Notes: generated by a model from the letters alone, not told the origin. Positions 36,750 to 48,989 are shown, counted from the first letter of the whole stretch. The stretch is DNA of 63,640 nucleotides, filler included, from Guillardia theta CCMP2712 (GCF_000315625.1; 6 parts of 6 records of this genome joined end to end with filler, not necessarily neighbours in it); one strand, 5' to 3'. A program made the numbers and translations.

Positions 36750-37177
36750 CCAGCAGGGGATGTTGCCGAAGGTCTGCTGCACCTGGCTGTTCATGAAGAC
36801 GCACGAGATCCCCGCCTGGTTGATGCACTGCTCGTGCGTCATGCAGGGGCTCTGCTGCGTCTGCGGCACGCTGCAGGAGCACTGCTTCCGGATCGGGTCG
36901 CACCCGTAGCGGTTGACGGATCGGCCCGGACCGGGTTGACGTCGGCGCCGAAGGGGCAGATGACGGCCGGATGTACCGACCGGCGCGGCTACCCAGCAGG
37001 GCTACTCGGCTCAAGGCGCCGGAAGTTTCCCGAATCGGCCTGGCCCAAGGCACACAGTGTCCGCTTCCGAGTGGCCCGAGGCCCGGGCCCGAGGCACTGC
37101 GGCACTGCCTCGGCCGGGCAGTGCCGGGCGGCCCGAGGCACTTGAAATGAGATGAGCGGGGATGTGGCCCTATCTGC

Positions 37178-38365
37178 ATGGAGTCTTACGCGGCGGAGGC
37201 ATGCAGGACTGTGGCTGCGCAGGTGAAGATGGAGGGGGAGGAGGGAAGAGGAAGAGGCGAGTGAGCGTAGAAGAGGGAGAGCAAGGGAGGTAAGGAGATG
37301 TAGGAGGAACAGAAATGTGGATGTTCGTAACGCAGGGACTCATTCTTTTTTTTCCAGCTCAGTGAAGCGATCGGCTTTCAGGCAGTGACACAGTCTGCGC
37401 TTGACACTCTGACGGAGGTGAGTTGAGAAGATGTTTCCATGGCAGTGAGGGTCTCTAAGAAGACGACAGATCTTGATCAAGTACATCGAGGAGGTTGGCT
37501 ATCAATCGCACTCCCTGGCAGAGTTGGCTGGAAGGACTCAGGTTCGGCATCCCCTTTCATCCTTCCTGCTGGTATCAAGTGGGAGGGCAGGATAACCTGC
37601 TCGACGTTCGGAGCGCGCTTCAAGATGTTGGGACCACCTTGCCTGAGCTTTACTTGTTTGCCAGCTTCTGAAACATGCAACGCTGCTCACTCGCTGTAGG
37701 TTCATGCAACGTAACGAGCTCCGTTATGCCAAGGCAGAGGTGTGAATGACAGACGACAGTGACATGTATTCATCATTCTCAGGTCCGCTTCCCTGTCTCT
37801 CGACCACCTCGTCCTCGAGAGCGTTTCGGTAACTGAGCTCGAGGATGAGATGGGCGAAAGACTTGATTGGGTTCAAGGTCAAGAAGAGGCGGAGGAGCTG
37901 CCTCCTCACGTTCCTTCTTTTCTTCCTCCATTCCCGAGGTCAGTCCGACAGTCTCTCACCTGACCTCACGTGGAGCGACAGCAAGCATACCTACCTCGCC
38001 ACCTCCAAGCCGCAGGGCGAGAGGTGATGGGCAACAACCTGAAGATCGTGTTTCATATGCTGCAGAGGTGACGCCAAGACCGCGAAGAAGCAGAAGCACA
38101 AGAGGAACAGGTGCAATACTTCTGATCTCCTTCGCCTATACGTGAGGTCTGGTGCAGGCAGCTGGAAGAAGCTCTGCAGAAGCTTGCGGACGCTCCGAAG
38201 AAGAAACGCAAAGTAAGTCGTTGAAGTGTGCAGGCGTCAGCATTTGAGCGGCTTCAGGCGCAAGAGACCTTCGGCGAGCCTGAAGCTGAGCAGCAGCGAG
38301 ATGACGAGGGTGAGCATGGAATCGAGGGGCGATGGGTTGGTAAAGGTTGTCTTAATCAGGAATAG
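37178..38365 (+). CDS. TAF8: TFIID subunit 8 (BTP histone fold + TAF8 C-terminal motif)
   Basis: Spliced: MESYAAEACRTVAAQLSEAIGFQAVTQSALDTLTEILIKYIEEVGYQSHSLAELAGRTQDNLLDVRSALQDVG...PPHVPSFLPPFPE..HTY; not visible as one ORF in the supplied track. Confidence 0.8.
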
Positions 38366-40313
38366 TGACGGAGAAAGAAGTCAGCGAAGAGAGCGTAATG
38401 TTCTTCTCTGCAAAACTTCTTGTTTTCACCTCCTCCGCAGGTAATGCAGAATCCAGCTCTGCAAGAAGCAGGTAATTTTTGGCATTTACTGTGATTCTTG
38501 GCTCTTTTTGTCTTCTCCTCTCGTCTCGGTGCGTGAGAGGAATGCTACAGCCAAGGTGAACGATGTACTTGCCGACGACGATGTCCGGAAGGTTCGTGGG
38601 GAGAAACATTATGCATGACAGCTGCTTACATGAAGTTACAGTCCATCGAAGCAGAACCGAATAATCAGGAGGCAGCAAACAAAGATGCAGAGAACACAAG
38701 CACAAGCCACAGACAGTGAGCTTCGCTCTTCAGCGGTCTATTAGCATCTTACTTGTCACAGATTCTCTCTCTCCCTCCCTGCTAGCGATGGAACAATGAG
38801 GGTCAGTCGCATTCTCGTGCCCTGGGCTGTTGGTGTGACTTGAAACAGGAGATGGAGGGAGGGACGCGAACAGGAGACGAACGTGACAAGGACAAGTAAG
38901 TGCCTGAGGTGCCGATGAACATCCTGACGTATCGATAGGAAAAGGCAGAAGGCTGCCAGGATTCTGGCAACAGTGCACACTGAACAGGTAAGGGACGAGG
39001 TTTGGAGACGAGGAAGGGAAAGAGGAACGATATTGGGGATTGGGTGCGAACGAGGAAGCAGAGAGGAGAAATCGAAGGAAGACAATCGAAGCTGTGATTC
39101 TCTGATGAGCTTCTGATCCATGGCCGTCGATACAGGAGAGGGAGGCAACCACGGGCAATGTGGATGCTGGGAGGTCACCAGCAGACATTGCAAGGACTCC
39201 AGAAGATCTTGACTGAACGAAGGAAGAGGCAAAGCAGGAGCAAGAACTTTAAATCTGATTACGTGTAAACAATCTCAAATTCTCTCAAACAAACTGCTGG
39301 ATCTTGGCAAGGTCGTACTCGTAGGGACCTGACACTCCACTCATCCTCACGCACGCAACTTGTTGCAACGTACCTGCCGCTGGTGCCTGAAAGAACTTGG
39401 TGTTTGCCTGGGAGACGTCCTGCTTGCTGTCAGCTGCTTGAGCCATGAGCATCAGGCTGTTACCATGAGACCAGACTCTTCGCCTTCAGGATACGGATGG
39501 ATGTCCGCTCCCATGCTCCCCTCCGAGAATCCCTCAAGCAGCTGCGTCATCATTGTCAGTGCTTTCGCCAATGACCTGGTCACCTTCTTCTCAAGCTCAG
39601 CTCCCCGCTCCCAAGATTTACATTACTAACACTCATGGCACAAGTATGCTGCCTGATTCCATTCTAACTCAGATTCTAAGTGATTCCATTCTAACTCAGA
39701 TTCTAAGTGATTCCATTCTAACTCAGATTCTAAGTGATTCCATTCTAACTCAGATTCTAAGTGATTCCATTCTAACTCAGATTCTAAGTGATTCCATTCT
39801 AACTCAGATTCTAAGTGATTCCATTCTAACTCAGATTCTAAGTGATTCCATTCTAACTCAGATTCTAAGTGATTCCATTCTAACTCAGATTCTAAGTCTG
39901 CTGCAATCATTCACTCAATTCTGGTTTCTCGTGACTCTGTCCTGCCTCCTCCCAAGAGAATCTGATCACCAACATTTGAACCTGCATCCCTCGCATCCTC
40001 ATCCCTCAGGTCAATCCTATCACCCGCACCCTTGCCCTCCAGCTCTTCCATACATCTCCTCTTCAGTTATCTGGTCTCGACAATCCGCTCTTTCCCCACA
40101 TCATTTCTGGTTTGGTGCATTCCCTCTCTTCACTCCTCCTCCTCCTGCTCCCTTTTCTCCTGCTCCTTCTTTTCTTCCTCCTCCTCCTCCTCCTCCTGCT
40201 CCCTTTTCTCCTGCTCCTTCTTTTCCTCCTCCTCCTCCTCCTCCTCCTCCTCCTCCTCCTCCTCTCCTTACCATCTGCCCATTCACGATCTTCAATCCCT
40301 TTGCGAACAACAT
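38352..40313 (-). CDS. Hypothetical multi-exon gene
   Basis: MLFAKGLKIVNGQM followed by a GTAAGG donor; exon-like blocks at 39465-39600 and 38352-38620. Confidence 0.35.
39654..39896. repeat. Minisatellite: 9 perfect copies of 27-bp TGATTCCATTCTAACTCAGATTCTAAG
   Basis: Direct count; no spacers between units. Confidence 0.95.
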
Positions 40314-41299
40314 GGCGGCGACTCTTCACTACCCTACCTCATTCTGTGCTGTACCCTGGCAGTGACCCTCCGTATAGATGATAAATGCACCGGTACTGAA
40401 GACTTTAGACACCACCCCACCCACACCTACTCGATTTCAACGACCCTTGAGGGGTCAAGTTAGGAGCAGAGGGTGGTGGCAGTTGTTGTGGGGGTGGGGG
40501 TGATTTTTTTCTTTTTCTTTTTTCTTTTTTTCTTTCTTCTTCTTTTTTTCCCCATTCTGGAGGTTTGGTTTGAAATCCACGAACCGGAGCTAGGAAGGAG
40601 AACAAGAAGGGAAGAGGAGAGGAGAGGAGAGGAGAGGAGGAGCAGCGAAGAGAGCAGAGCAGAGCAGAGCAGAGCAGAGCAGAAGAGAACAGAAGAGAAC
40701 AGAAGAGGAGCGAAGAGAAGAGAACAGAAGAAAAGAGCAGGTCAGGGCGGGCAGGGCAGGAGGAGAGGAGAGGAGAGGAGGGGGGAGGGAGACGAGCAGA
40801 GCAGAGGAGGACAGGACAGGACAGGACGGAGGCGGGGAGAGGACAAGAGAGGAGAAGAGAGTAGAGTAGAGTATCAAAGAATAGGGAAGGGAAGAGAAGA
40901 GAGACAGAGAGGAGAAGGGAGAATGTGAGAAATGTGTAGGACAAAGACGCGTGGAGGAGAGACATAAAGTAAAAGGCATCCAAGACTTGGTTGCAGGAAA
41001 GGAGCAAGGGAGGCAAACTGTAGAAAGAGCAGAGATAAGGGTACAAAAAGAGCGAGGAGGAAACAAGGAGAACGTAGCCATGATAGTGCGAAATCTTGAA
41101 GACACGACGAAGACTTCAATTGAATTGTGATTTAAGGGAACACAAGGTAAAGCTAGTAGGAAGTGAAAGTCAAGCTTTGGGAGCGAGACATGAGCAGGGA
41201 GGTGAATGGCAAAGCAATACAAGGCAATACTATTGCTTCAATTGTTTACTTAATCAAGTAGAGGGCAACAAATGTTCTCGTTCACTACATTTGATGCAG

Positions 41300-43003
41300 A
41301 TGCCATCGCGCAAGAAGTCCAAGTCTTCTAAGACGAAGTCAGCGAGTCATCCACCAGCAAAGAAAAATGGGAACAAGACGAAGACATCAGCTAAGACAGC
41401 AGCCAAGACATCAGCTAAGACAGCAGCTAAGACAACAGCTAAGACATCAGCGAAGACATCAGCCAAGACAACAGCTAAGACAGCAGCTAAGACATCAGCG
41501 AAGACAGCAGCCAAGACAACAGCTAAGACAACAGCGAAGACATCAGCCAAGACAGCAGCTAAGACAGCAGCTAAGACAACAGCCAAGACAGATCCAAAGA
41601 CAACAGTCAAGAGAACGTCTCGAGCCGCTCCAGCCAATCCTGTATCTATCGCTGCTTCTCAGGTGATGTCGACAGGAAAACGGAAGCAACCAAGCGAAGT
41701 CGAAAGTAATTCACGGAAGAGAGCCAAGGGGCCTCAAGACCAGAGGTCGACCTCCAAGTCGCCGCCCAGCCCCTCCAAGGCAGGACAGAGCAAGAAGTCG
41801 GAGCCGAGGAGCAAATCGAAGAGCACGGCAAGCAAGCAGGACCTGAAAGCTTCTCAAGACCCTCCAAAGGCAGCGGAAGCGCCCAAGAGAAGTCCAGCTG
41901 GACGTTCATCCAGAGACGCGGAGAAGTCAAAGGCATCGGGGATCACATCTAAGATGTCCAGCAAGACTCCAGCTGAAAGGCAGAGGAGCAAGGTGCCCTT
42001 GAAGAAGACGATCCAGAAGGCGAGAAGCAGCAGCGCTCACTCGCTCCCTCCTCCTCCTCAGGCAGGCAAGAACCTGCAGCTGAAGCCCAGCAGGCAGCGC
42101 AAAGCTGATGACAAGCTCACCCCACAGCTGGAGGAGCAGAAACCAACGCAGACCAAGAAGATCGCGAGCAAGTCAGGGAAGGAGACGAGCAAGGGTCCAG
42201 CAGGGAAGATTGAAGAGAACGAAAGCTCCAAGGCTGATGGAAGAAAGGAGGAAAGTGGAAGTCGAGAAGGAGAAATGCTTGGGGAGAGCGCGAAGGAGGA
42301 AGCGAAAGCTTTCTACAAGTACTCGCACTCGGGCTGCAAGTCGAAGACTCGCTTCGTTTGCTCGATGGATAGAAGGGGAAGGTCGGCCCCTCTTCTGATC
42401 TCTTGTGTCCTCATGTCTTTCTTCAGAGGAACGCGTGGAGCGAGGAGGAGAAGGAAGCTCTCATTGCAGGCGTCGAAAAGTTCGGCAGGTGCTGGGCGGC
42501 GATTCTGAGAGCCAACGCGGAAATCTTTCACCCTGCGAGGACACAGGTTGACTTGAAGGTCCGTTGCAGCTGGGGTCTTGCTGGTGCTGACGAGGGAGCA
42601 GGACAAGTGGAGAGGCCTGAGGCAGCCGCCCAAGGAGACGGTGAGAGGGTACGGGGCGAGCACGCACTTCCGAGCCAAAGTAGAGGGAGCGAGCCATGCG
42701 CGCGTGCGGTGGACGGAAAAGGTATGAGGAGGGGAAGAGGGGGGAGGAGATGAAAGGAGCACAGGAGGAGGAGATGCTCGCCAAGGGCGTGTCACAGTTC
42801 GGGCCCAAGTGGACTGCCATCCTTACCAACCTGCCTGGATTCCACGCATGCCGAACGTGAGATGGAGGGTAGAGACCGAGGTGGTGGTGGAGGGGGAGGG
42901 AAATTTGTTGGGGCGCGGCAGGCGATTCTGAGAATGAGGCAGGTCGGTTGACCTCAAGGATAAGTGGCGCAACATGGAGAAGATGAAAAGTAGGCAGCAA
43001 TGA
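41300..43003 (+). CDS. Telomere-repeat-binding-type protein with two telobox Myb domains and a Lys/Ala/Thr-rich H1-like N-terminus
   Basis: Spliced: WSEEEKEALIAGVEKFGRCWAAIL...RTQVDLKDKWR and WTEKEEEMLAKGVSQFGPKWTAIL...RTSVDLKDKWRNM; (KT[A/S/T]A)n encoded by 12-bp units at ~41380-41600. Confidence 0.85.
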
Positions 43004-43075
43004 GAATGAATGAAGACCCTTGTAATCGGTCCTCCTCCTCCTCCTCCTCCTCCTCCTCCTCCTCCTCCTCCTCCT

Positions 43076-45165
43076 CTAGATCACTGCCAAAATTGCTTCC
43101 TTGAGGCGCCCCTTGATCGCCTCCACTACAAATTCCGTCGCTTCCTTGGTGCCTGTGACCGTCACCTGTTGATTGTCAACTCCCTCCCCTCCCTCCTCTC
43201 CTCTTCTCTTCTTGATCTTCTCCTCTTCTCTTCTTGATCTTCTCCTCTTCTCTTCTTGATCTCCTTCTCATCTCTTCTGGATCTTCTACTCTTCTCTTAT
43301 TGATCTTCTTCTCTTCTCTTCTTGATCTTCTTCTCTTCTCTTATTGATCTTCTTGTCTTCTCGTATTGATCTTCTCCTCTTCNNNNNNNNNNNNNNNNNN
43401 NNNNNNNNNNNNNNNNNNNNNNNNNNNNNNNNNNNNNNNNNNNNNNNNNNNNNNNNNNNNNNNNNNNNNNNNNNNNNNNNNNGTTCGCGCCGCCTGTTCC
43501 GATGAGCCTCCTGCACCCTCAGCTCAGCTCAGCCCCCAACTTCTCCCTTTCTCGTCCTCCTCCTCCCTTGCCGCCTTCTCTCCTCCCTCCACCTTCTGCT
43601 CCCCCACCGTCATTCCCTCTCTTTCCTCTCTCCTCCATCTCTTTCCCTCCCTCTCTTCCCGCCTTCCTCACCCCACGCTGCTCGATTTCACACGCAGGCT
43701 TCGCTTGCTCTCAGCAGGGAGGGAGGAGGCAGGAGTTCTGTCGAGATGTTTGGTGTCGGGGTCGTTCTTCATGCCGAGCCTGCGACAGACGAGGCAGAGT
43801 AGATGGAAATCTTCACGTCAGGAGAGAAAAAAGAGACAAGGAAATATGCAAGGAAGAAGGGCAAAAGGAGGAGGAGGATCAGGAGGGAGGAGGTGGGAGG
43901 AGGTGGGAGGAGGAGGAGGAGGATCAGGAGGAGGAGGATCAGGAGGAGGAGGATCAGGAGGAGGAGGATCAGGAGGAGGAGGATCAGGAGGAGGAGGATC
44001 AGGAGGAGGAGGAGCAGGAGGAGGAGGAGCAGGAGGAGGAGGAGCAGGAGCAGCAGGAGGAGGAGACCGATCGCGGATCATTCTGCGCGCATGATTCACA
44101 TCTCGCGCTTCGCCTCGCTCGACCATGAGCTCCGCCTCAGATTTGTACTTGACGCCTGGGGAGACAAGAGAGTCAGAGGAGAGTCAGAGGAGAAACTAAA
44201 GGCTTGACAAAACAAGAGAACCAGCAAGTGAAGGAAGAAGAGAAGAGCAGTCAGCAGATAAAAGGGAGCATGAAGGAGAGAGGGAGAGGGAGAGAGAGAG
44301 GGAGGAGGGAGGAGGGAGGAGGGAGAGGGAGGAGGGAGAGGGAGGAGGGAGAGGGAGGAGGGAGGAGGGACCGGTGAAGGCGTCGGTGGGGAAGTCAGCC
44401 TCAACTGCACTAGTGAGAACGAGAGGTACAAGAGGAGGAGAAGCATCTCACTCGGGCCAAGAAGCACCGCAGGATCCACCTCCTGCAAGAGAAGGTGAGC
44501 TACGGCAGCAGCTGAGAGGGACTGACTTGAGCGGAGGAGGAGGAGGAGGAAGAGGATGCTTCTGGATCCTCCTCCTGCTCAGTAGCTGGCTTGTCCTTTT
44601 CATTCATCTCCTGCTGCATCTGCCAAGGTTGATCAGCTCAGCTGCTGCAGCACTTCCTCTCACCTTCCGCCAGATCGCCTCCTGCCGACGGGACATCTTC
44701 TTGGGCTTCTTGACTTCCTGCTTCTTACTCGGCTTCTCCTTGACCTTCCCCTCCTCTTCCTTCCCCTCCTCTTCGTCTTCCTCCTTCCCTTCCTCTTCCT
44801 TCTCCTCGTCCTCTCTCTCCTTCACTTCTTGCCCCTTTCCTGCCTTCTTGGAGGATGAGGAAGAGGAAGCTGTCGATGGCGTAGCGGCCGACTGCTTGCG
44901 GACGTACTCCAAGATCTCCTTGATGGGTCTCTTGCCCTGAACGAGACGATGATGAGGGAGGAGAGGGGGCGAGGAGCTCGGAGGGGTTACACTTAGCAGA
45001 CAAGTGGAGGGGAGGGGAGGGGTGGGTGGTCACCTTGTTCAAGATCTTCAGGATTCGATTCTTGTCCTCGAGCGGATTATCTGATGAGAATGATAAGAGA
45101 GCCGAGTGACACAATACAAGAGCTCCTCCTACATCTCCCCCTCCCCCTGCTCCTGCTCCTGCTCC

Positions 45166-45206
<41 letters not shown>

Positions 45207-46418
45207 CCTGCTGGTGCTAGTGCTGGTGCTGGTGCTAGCGCTGGTGCTCCTCCTCCTCCTCGTGCTGCTGGTGCTACTCCTGATTCTGGTGCTGCTGGTG
45301 CTGGTGCTGCTTCGCGTGGTGGTGGTTGTCCTCTCCCTGCCCTCCCTCCTCCCCCCCCTCCTCCTCCCCCTCCTCTTCTGCATCCCCTTTCCCATCTTCT
45401 TCCTCTCCTTTACCTTCGATCGCAAGCCGCCGAAGCGTCTTATCTTTCAGATCTCCGAGCTCGGCCGGAAGTGACTGAAGGAGAATCAGTGAGAGGAGGA
45501 GGGAGGGTGTGCTGGAAGATGAAAGAGTTCATGACGAGGAGGAGAGGAGGAGGAGGAGGAGGAGGAGGAGAAGGAGGAGGAGGAGGAGAAGGAGGAGGAG
45601 GATTGGAGACGGTGAAGCATTGCCGGAGGGGAGCGAACCTTGATTCGATTTCGTTGCAGGTCGATAACTTCAAGGAGCTGAAGATTTCCAACACCAAGTG
45701 GGAACTGACAGAAACTCAAGACTCCTACCGTCTCCCCCCCCCTTCCCCCTCCTCTTGCCGCTAACTCCCTCCTTCTCTCCTGCTCCTTCCACTTTTCGCT
45801 CTGATCGCAAGGAAGATCAGACCTGCTCGAGCTCGTTCCCGCTCAGCGAAAGAGACTTCAACCTGCTCCAGCTCGTCACAGGAATCCGTTCATGCTCCTG
45901 CTCATCCAGTCAGCGCCTCCTCCTCCTCCGCTGGCCTCTCTCCTACTTCCTCCCTCCTCTCACCGTGAGCTTGTTGTTGTCAGCGTTGAGCGTGTTCAGT
46001 TTGGAGGCTCCCGACAGGCTTGAGAGGTCGGCGATGCGGTTGTTGGCGACATTGATGACCTCGAGTGCTGCCCATCCCTCCCCCTCTCCCTCCCCCCCGT
46101 CGCTCCTCGGCAGCTCCTCCAGCTCGTTTCTCTCCGCCTGCCGCACCAGCTCAGCCGCCAGTGGAAGAGAAGGAGGGAGACCTCGAGCACTCGGAGGTTG
46201 GGGAGAGCAGCGAGAGCCGGCGGAAGCGAGGCGATCTTGTTGTCGGAGATGATGAGCGTCTCCAGCTCCTCCAGATTGCCGATGTCTTGAAGCACACGAG
46301 CCGCTCAGAGAAGATAGAGAGGAGGAGGAGGACGAAGAGGAGAGAGGGACGAGTACCATCAGGATCCGCTTGAGTTTCCTCCTGTGATGACAGTCGTTGC
46401 AGGAGGTGCATTGGAAGA
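43076..46418 (-). CDS. Leucine-rich-repeat protein (LRRC47-like LRR cap); 5' end cut off
   Basis: IGNLEELETLIISDNKIASLP, LEVINVANNRIADL, LKSLSLSGNEL, DNPLEDKNRILKIL..KEILEYVRK, followed by a Lys/Glu-rich region. Confidence 0.7.
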
Positions 46419-46518
46419 NNNNNNNNNNNNNNNNNNNNNNNNNNNNNNNNNNNNNNNNNNNNTTAATTAATTAANNNNNNNNNNNNNNNNNNNNNNNNNN
46501 NNNNNNNNNNNNNNNNNN
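46419..46518. other. Artificial scaffold linker
   Basis: TTAATTAATTAA within Ns. Confidence 0.95.
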
Positions 46519-46519
46519 A

Positions 46520-48671
46520 GGGGGAGGGGATTTTCAAACCTTTCAATCTTGAGATCTCGTTCTCCATTTCAGCGACTTTTTCTGCTTCTCTTGCCATCGT
46601 CTCCGCAAGTTTTTCTCGCCCTGAAATCATATCAACCATTTCTCCTTCTCCTGGAACTCATCCTCGTCCTCGTCCTCGTCCTGCTCCCCATCCTCCTCCT
46701 GCTTCCCTTTCTTCCTCTTCCTCCCTGCCTCCTCCATTTCCTCTCCCTCCTTTTTTCCCTCCCTCCTCTTGCTGCTCACCTTCTTCCACAAGTTTTTCAA
46801 GATTTTCGATCTTGGAAGAAGACTCCACTGAGAAGAGAAGAGAAAGCGTGAGGCAAAGCAAGACCAATCAAACAAGCTATCATCATCAATCATCTCAATC
46901 AACACAATCATCACCATGACTATCATCGCTTACTTGTATTTTCCTTCAATCTCGTTAATTCTCTCTCGAGTTTCGACTGTTTGTCTGCCGCCTGCAAATG
47001 AATAAATCCTCCACAAGAACAAGATCGGACACAAATCATCAAAGAAAGAAATATTGATGTAAGATAACTTTACATGACGATGATGATGATGTATGTGTAT
47101 GTGAGAGAGAGGGTGGTGTTGTTCAATCATAACACTACAAACTCCCACAAAACAAGCCAGGTATACATCAAAACTCAACAGAACACATCAAAAATCGGAC
47201 TTGCAACTCGCGTGTCAATCTTCACCTGTCTTCGTAGGTTGCTCAGCTCAATTCGCAAGTTCTCTTCGCTCTTCCTTCATCGTTAGAGTAGGAACCTCCT
47301 TCAACATGTACAACCTCTTTAAGATGTACAATCTTCGCCTGTTCTCTCTCAATCGAGTCCATCATCGTTTTGCACTCCTCCTGCAGTCTCACAATAAATC
47401 GCTTCCTCCACCATTTCTCCTCCTCCCTTCCCCTTTTTCACACACTCCTTTCCCTCCTCCTTCTCCTCCTGTTCATCCTCCTCCTCACCTCCTTCGACTT
47501 CAATTCAGTTCGCAGGCAGTTCATCTGAGCATGCAATTTTGACTCGATTTCCTGCTCATCAAAGTCACTTCTCATCACATTGTCTCTCCTCGACATATTA
47601 TCTCATTGCGTAGGGTATCATGAGATATCATACCATACCATACCATACCATACCATACCATATGGTATGGTATCGTATAGTATCTGAGCTACTCTAAACA
47701 GCAAACTCTCGTAATCTCACTGGGAAGACTAATACACGCAGACAGATTAAGAACAAAGATCGGACCAAAGTCACTAACGCAAAAACTCCTTCCTCTCTCC
47801 CACCTGTACGACAGAATGCTCTTGCGACAATCGCAGAACGTTTTCTTTGGCCTCTGTTGATCAAACTAAGTCGACATCGCTGACTGCTGTTGCAACAATT
47901 CTCTTCACCGCTCAAGGCAGACTCGTAGGTGGACAATCGATTCTCGCAATCAATCGTTGCCTGGCCGACAGGGTGAGCAAGAAAAGTGAAATGATCGACT
48001 CCTCCTCTCTTACCTGATTGATGGCCTCTCGCGCTTCTTCCTTGACCTTGGCGATCTCATGCACAAGTCGGGCGTTCTCCTTGTGCACATTTTGCATCTG
48101 AAAAATGGAGAAGTCAAGTGAAACAATCTTCAACAAGCAAGATTGCTCTCTTCTGAGTTCGCTATGTGAGTTGCACCCTTATTGTCATCGCCACCAACAC
48201 CACCAACACGAACCTGTGTATTGAGTTTCTCAAGCTTCTGCCTGCCGTCTGCAATCTCTTTGGCAAACTTCTCCTCTTCCCCTACCCATATTTCGTGCTG
48301 CAAGTTGTACTTCACTTCTATGCTCTTTGCCTGCTCCCTTGCTCGTCCGATCTGCCAGCGACATCAGCAGCGCGGAGCAGCGTGCTCTTCCTTCGCACCT
48401 CCAGCTCAGCTCGAGACTTCTCCTCTTCCAGCTCCTCATCTTTCTCTCGCTTATACCGCTCATTCCTGGCAATCAGATCATGTTCTCTTGCTGCAAACTC
48501 GGCCTCGCGGTCCTTCAGGAACTGCTGCTGCTGCTGCAGGAGAGCCTGCGTCTTCTCGTGCTCCTTCGTCTCCTGGATCAGCTTGAGCTCGATCGCATTC
48601 TTTTCCTGCATGACACGGTGAAGCTTCTCTGAGAGGTCTGAGTGACTTCGCAACAGATCTGGATCATTCAT
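46520..48671 (-). CDS. Multi-exon coiled-coil protein; 3' end cut off
   Basis: MNDPDLLRSHSDLSEKLHRVMQEKNAIELKL... and further E/K/R-rich exons. Confidence 0.55.
47630..47673. repeat. (ATACC)n pentamer array folding back into a 24-bp perfect palindrome
   Basis: ATACCATACCAT|ATGGTATGGTAT at 47650-47673. Confidence 0.85.
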
Positions 48672-48989
48672 ATCCGAATGTTGTTCTTCGCCAAGGTCCT
48701 TGTCTCTGAAATCCAACCTCCTTACTTGTGTCCTCCCTCCCTCTCTTGTCCTTCCTCTCCTTCTTGATGTCTTCTCTCTTCCCCAATTCGCACAGGAACT
48801 CACTTCAGCATGAATATCGGGAAAACTCCAGTAGAAGCGTTTCCTGCTCCATAGCAACGCGTTATTGACAGTGACAGGAGTACTGCCATCCTATACAATC
48901 GCGCCTGCACAATCCCTTTCCCGCAGCAACCTCCCTCCCTCCCTCCCTCCCTCTCCCCCTCCCTCCCTCCCTCCCTCCCTTCCACCCCT

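Larger units (their letters stand above)
35996..36975 (-). pseudogene. Fragmented intron-less gene for a Cys-rich membrane protein, interrupted by insertions
   Basis: Pieces CPFGADVNRYGCDPIRKQCSCSVP...FGNIPCWDC / YTNGPALAA...CDRQAVMLCSKHR / YTLLVSAFVIAVVWAGLSLLASSFSIPCVTTL; frames restored by removing two duplication-flanked inserts. Confidence 0.65.

Noticed and set aside
39654-39896. CRISPR array
   Set aside because: Units are head-to-tail with no spacers, there are no cas genes, and the context is eukaryotic.
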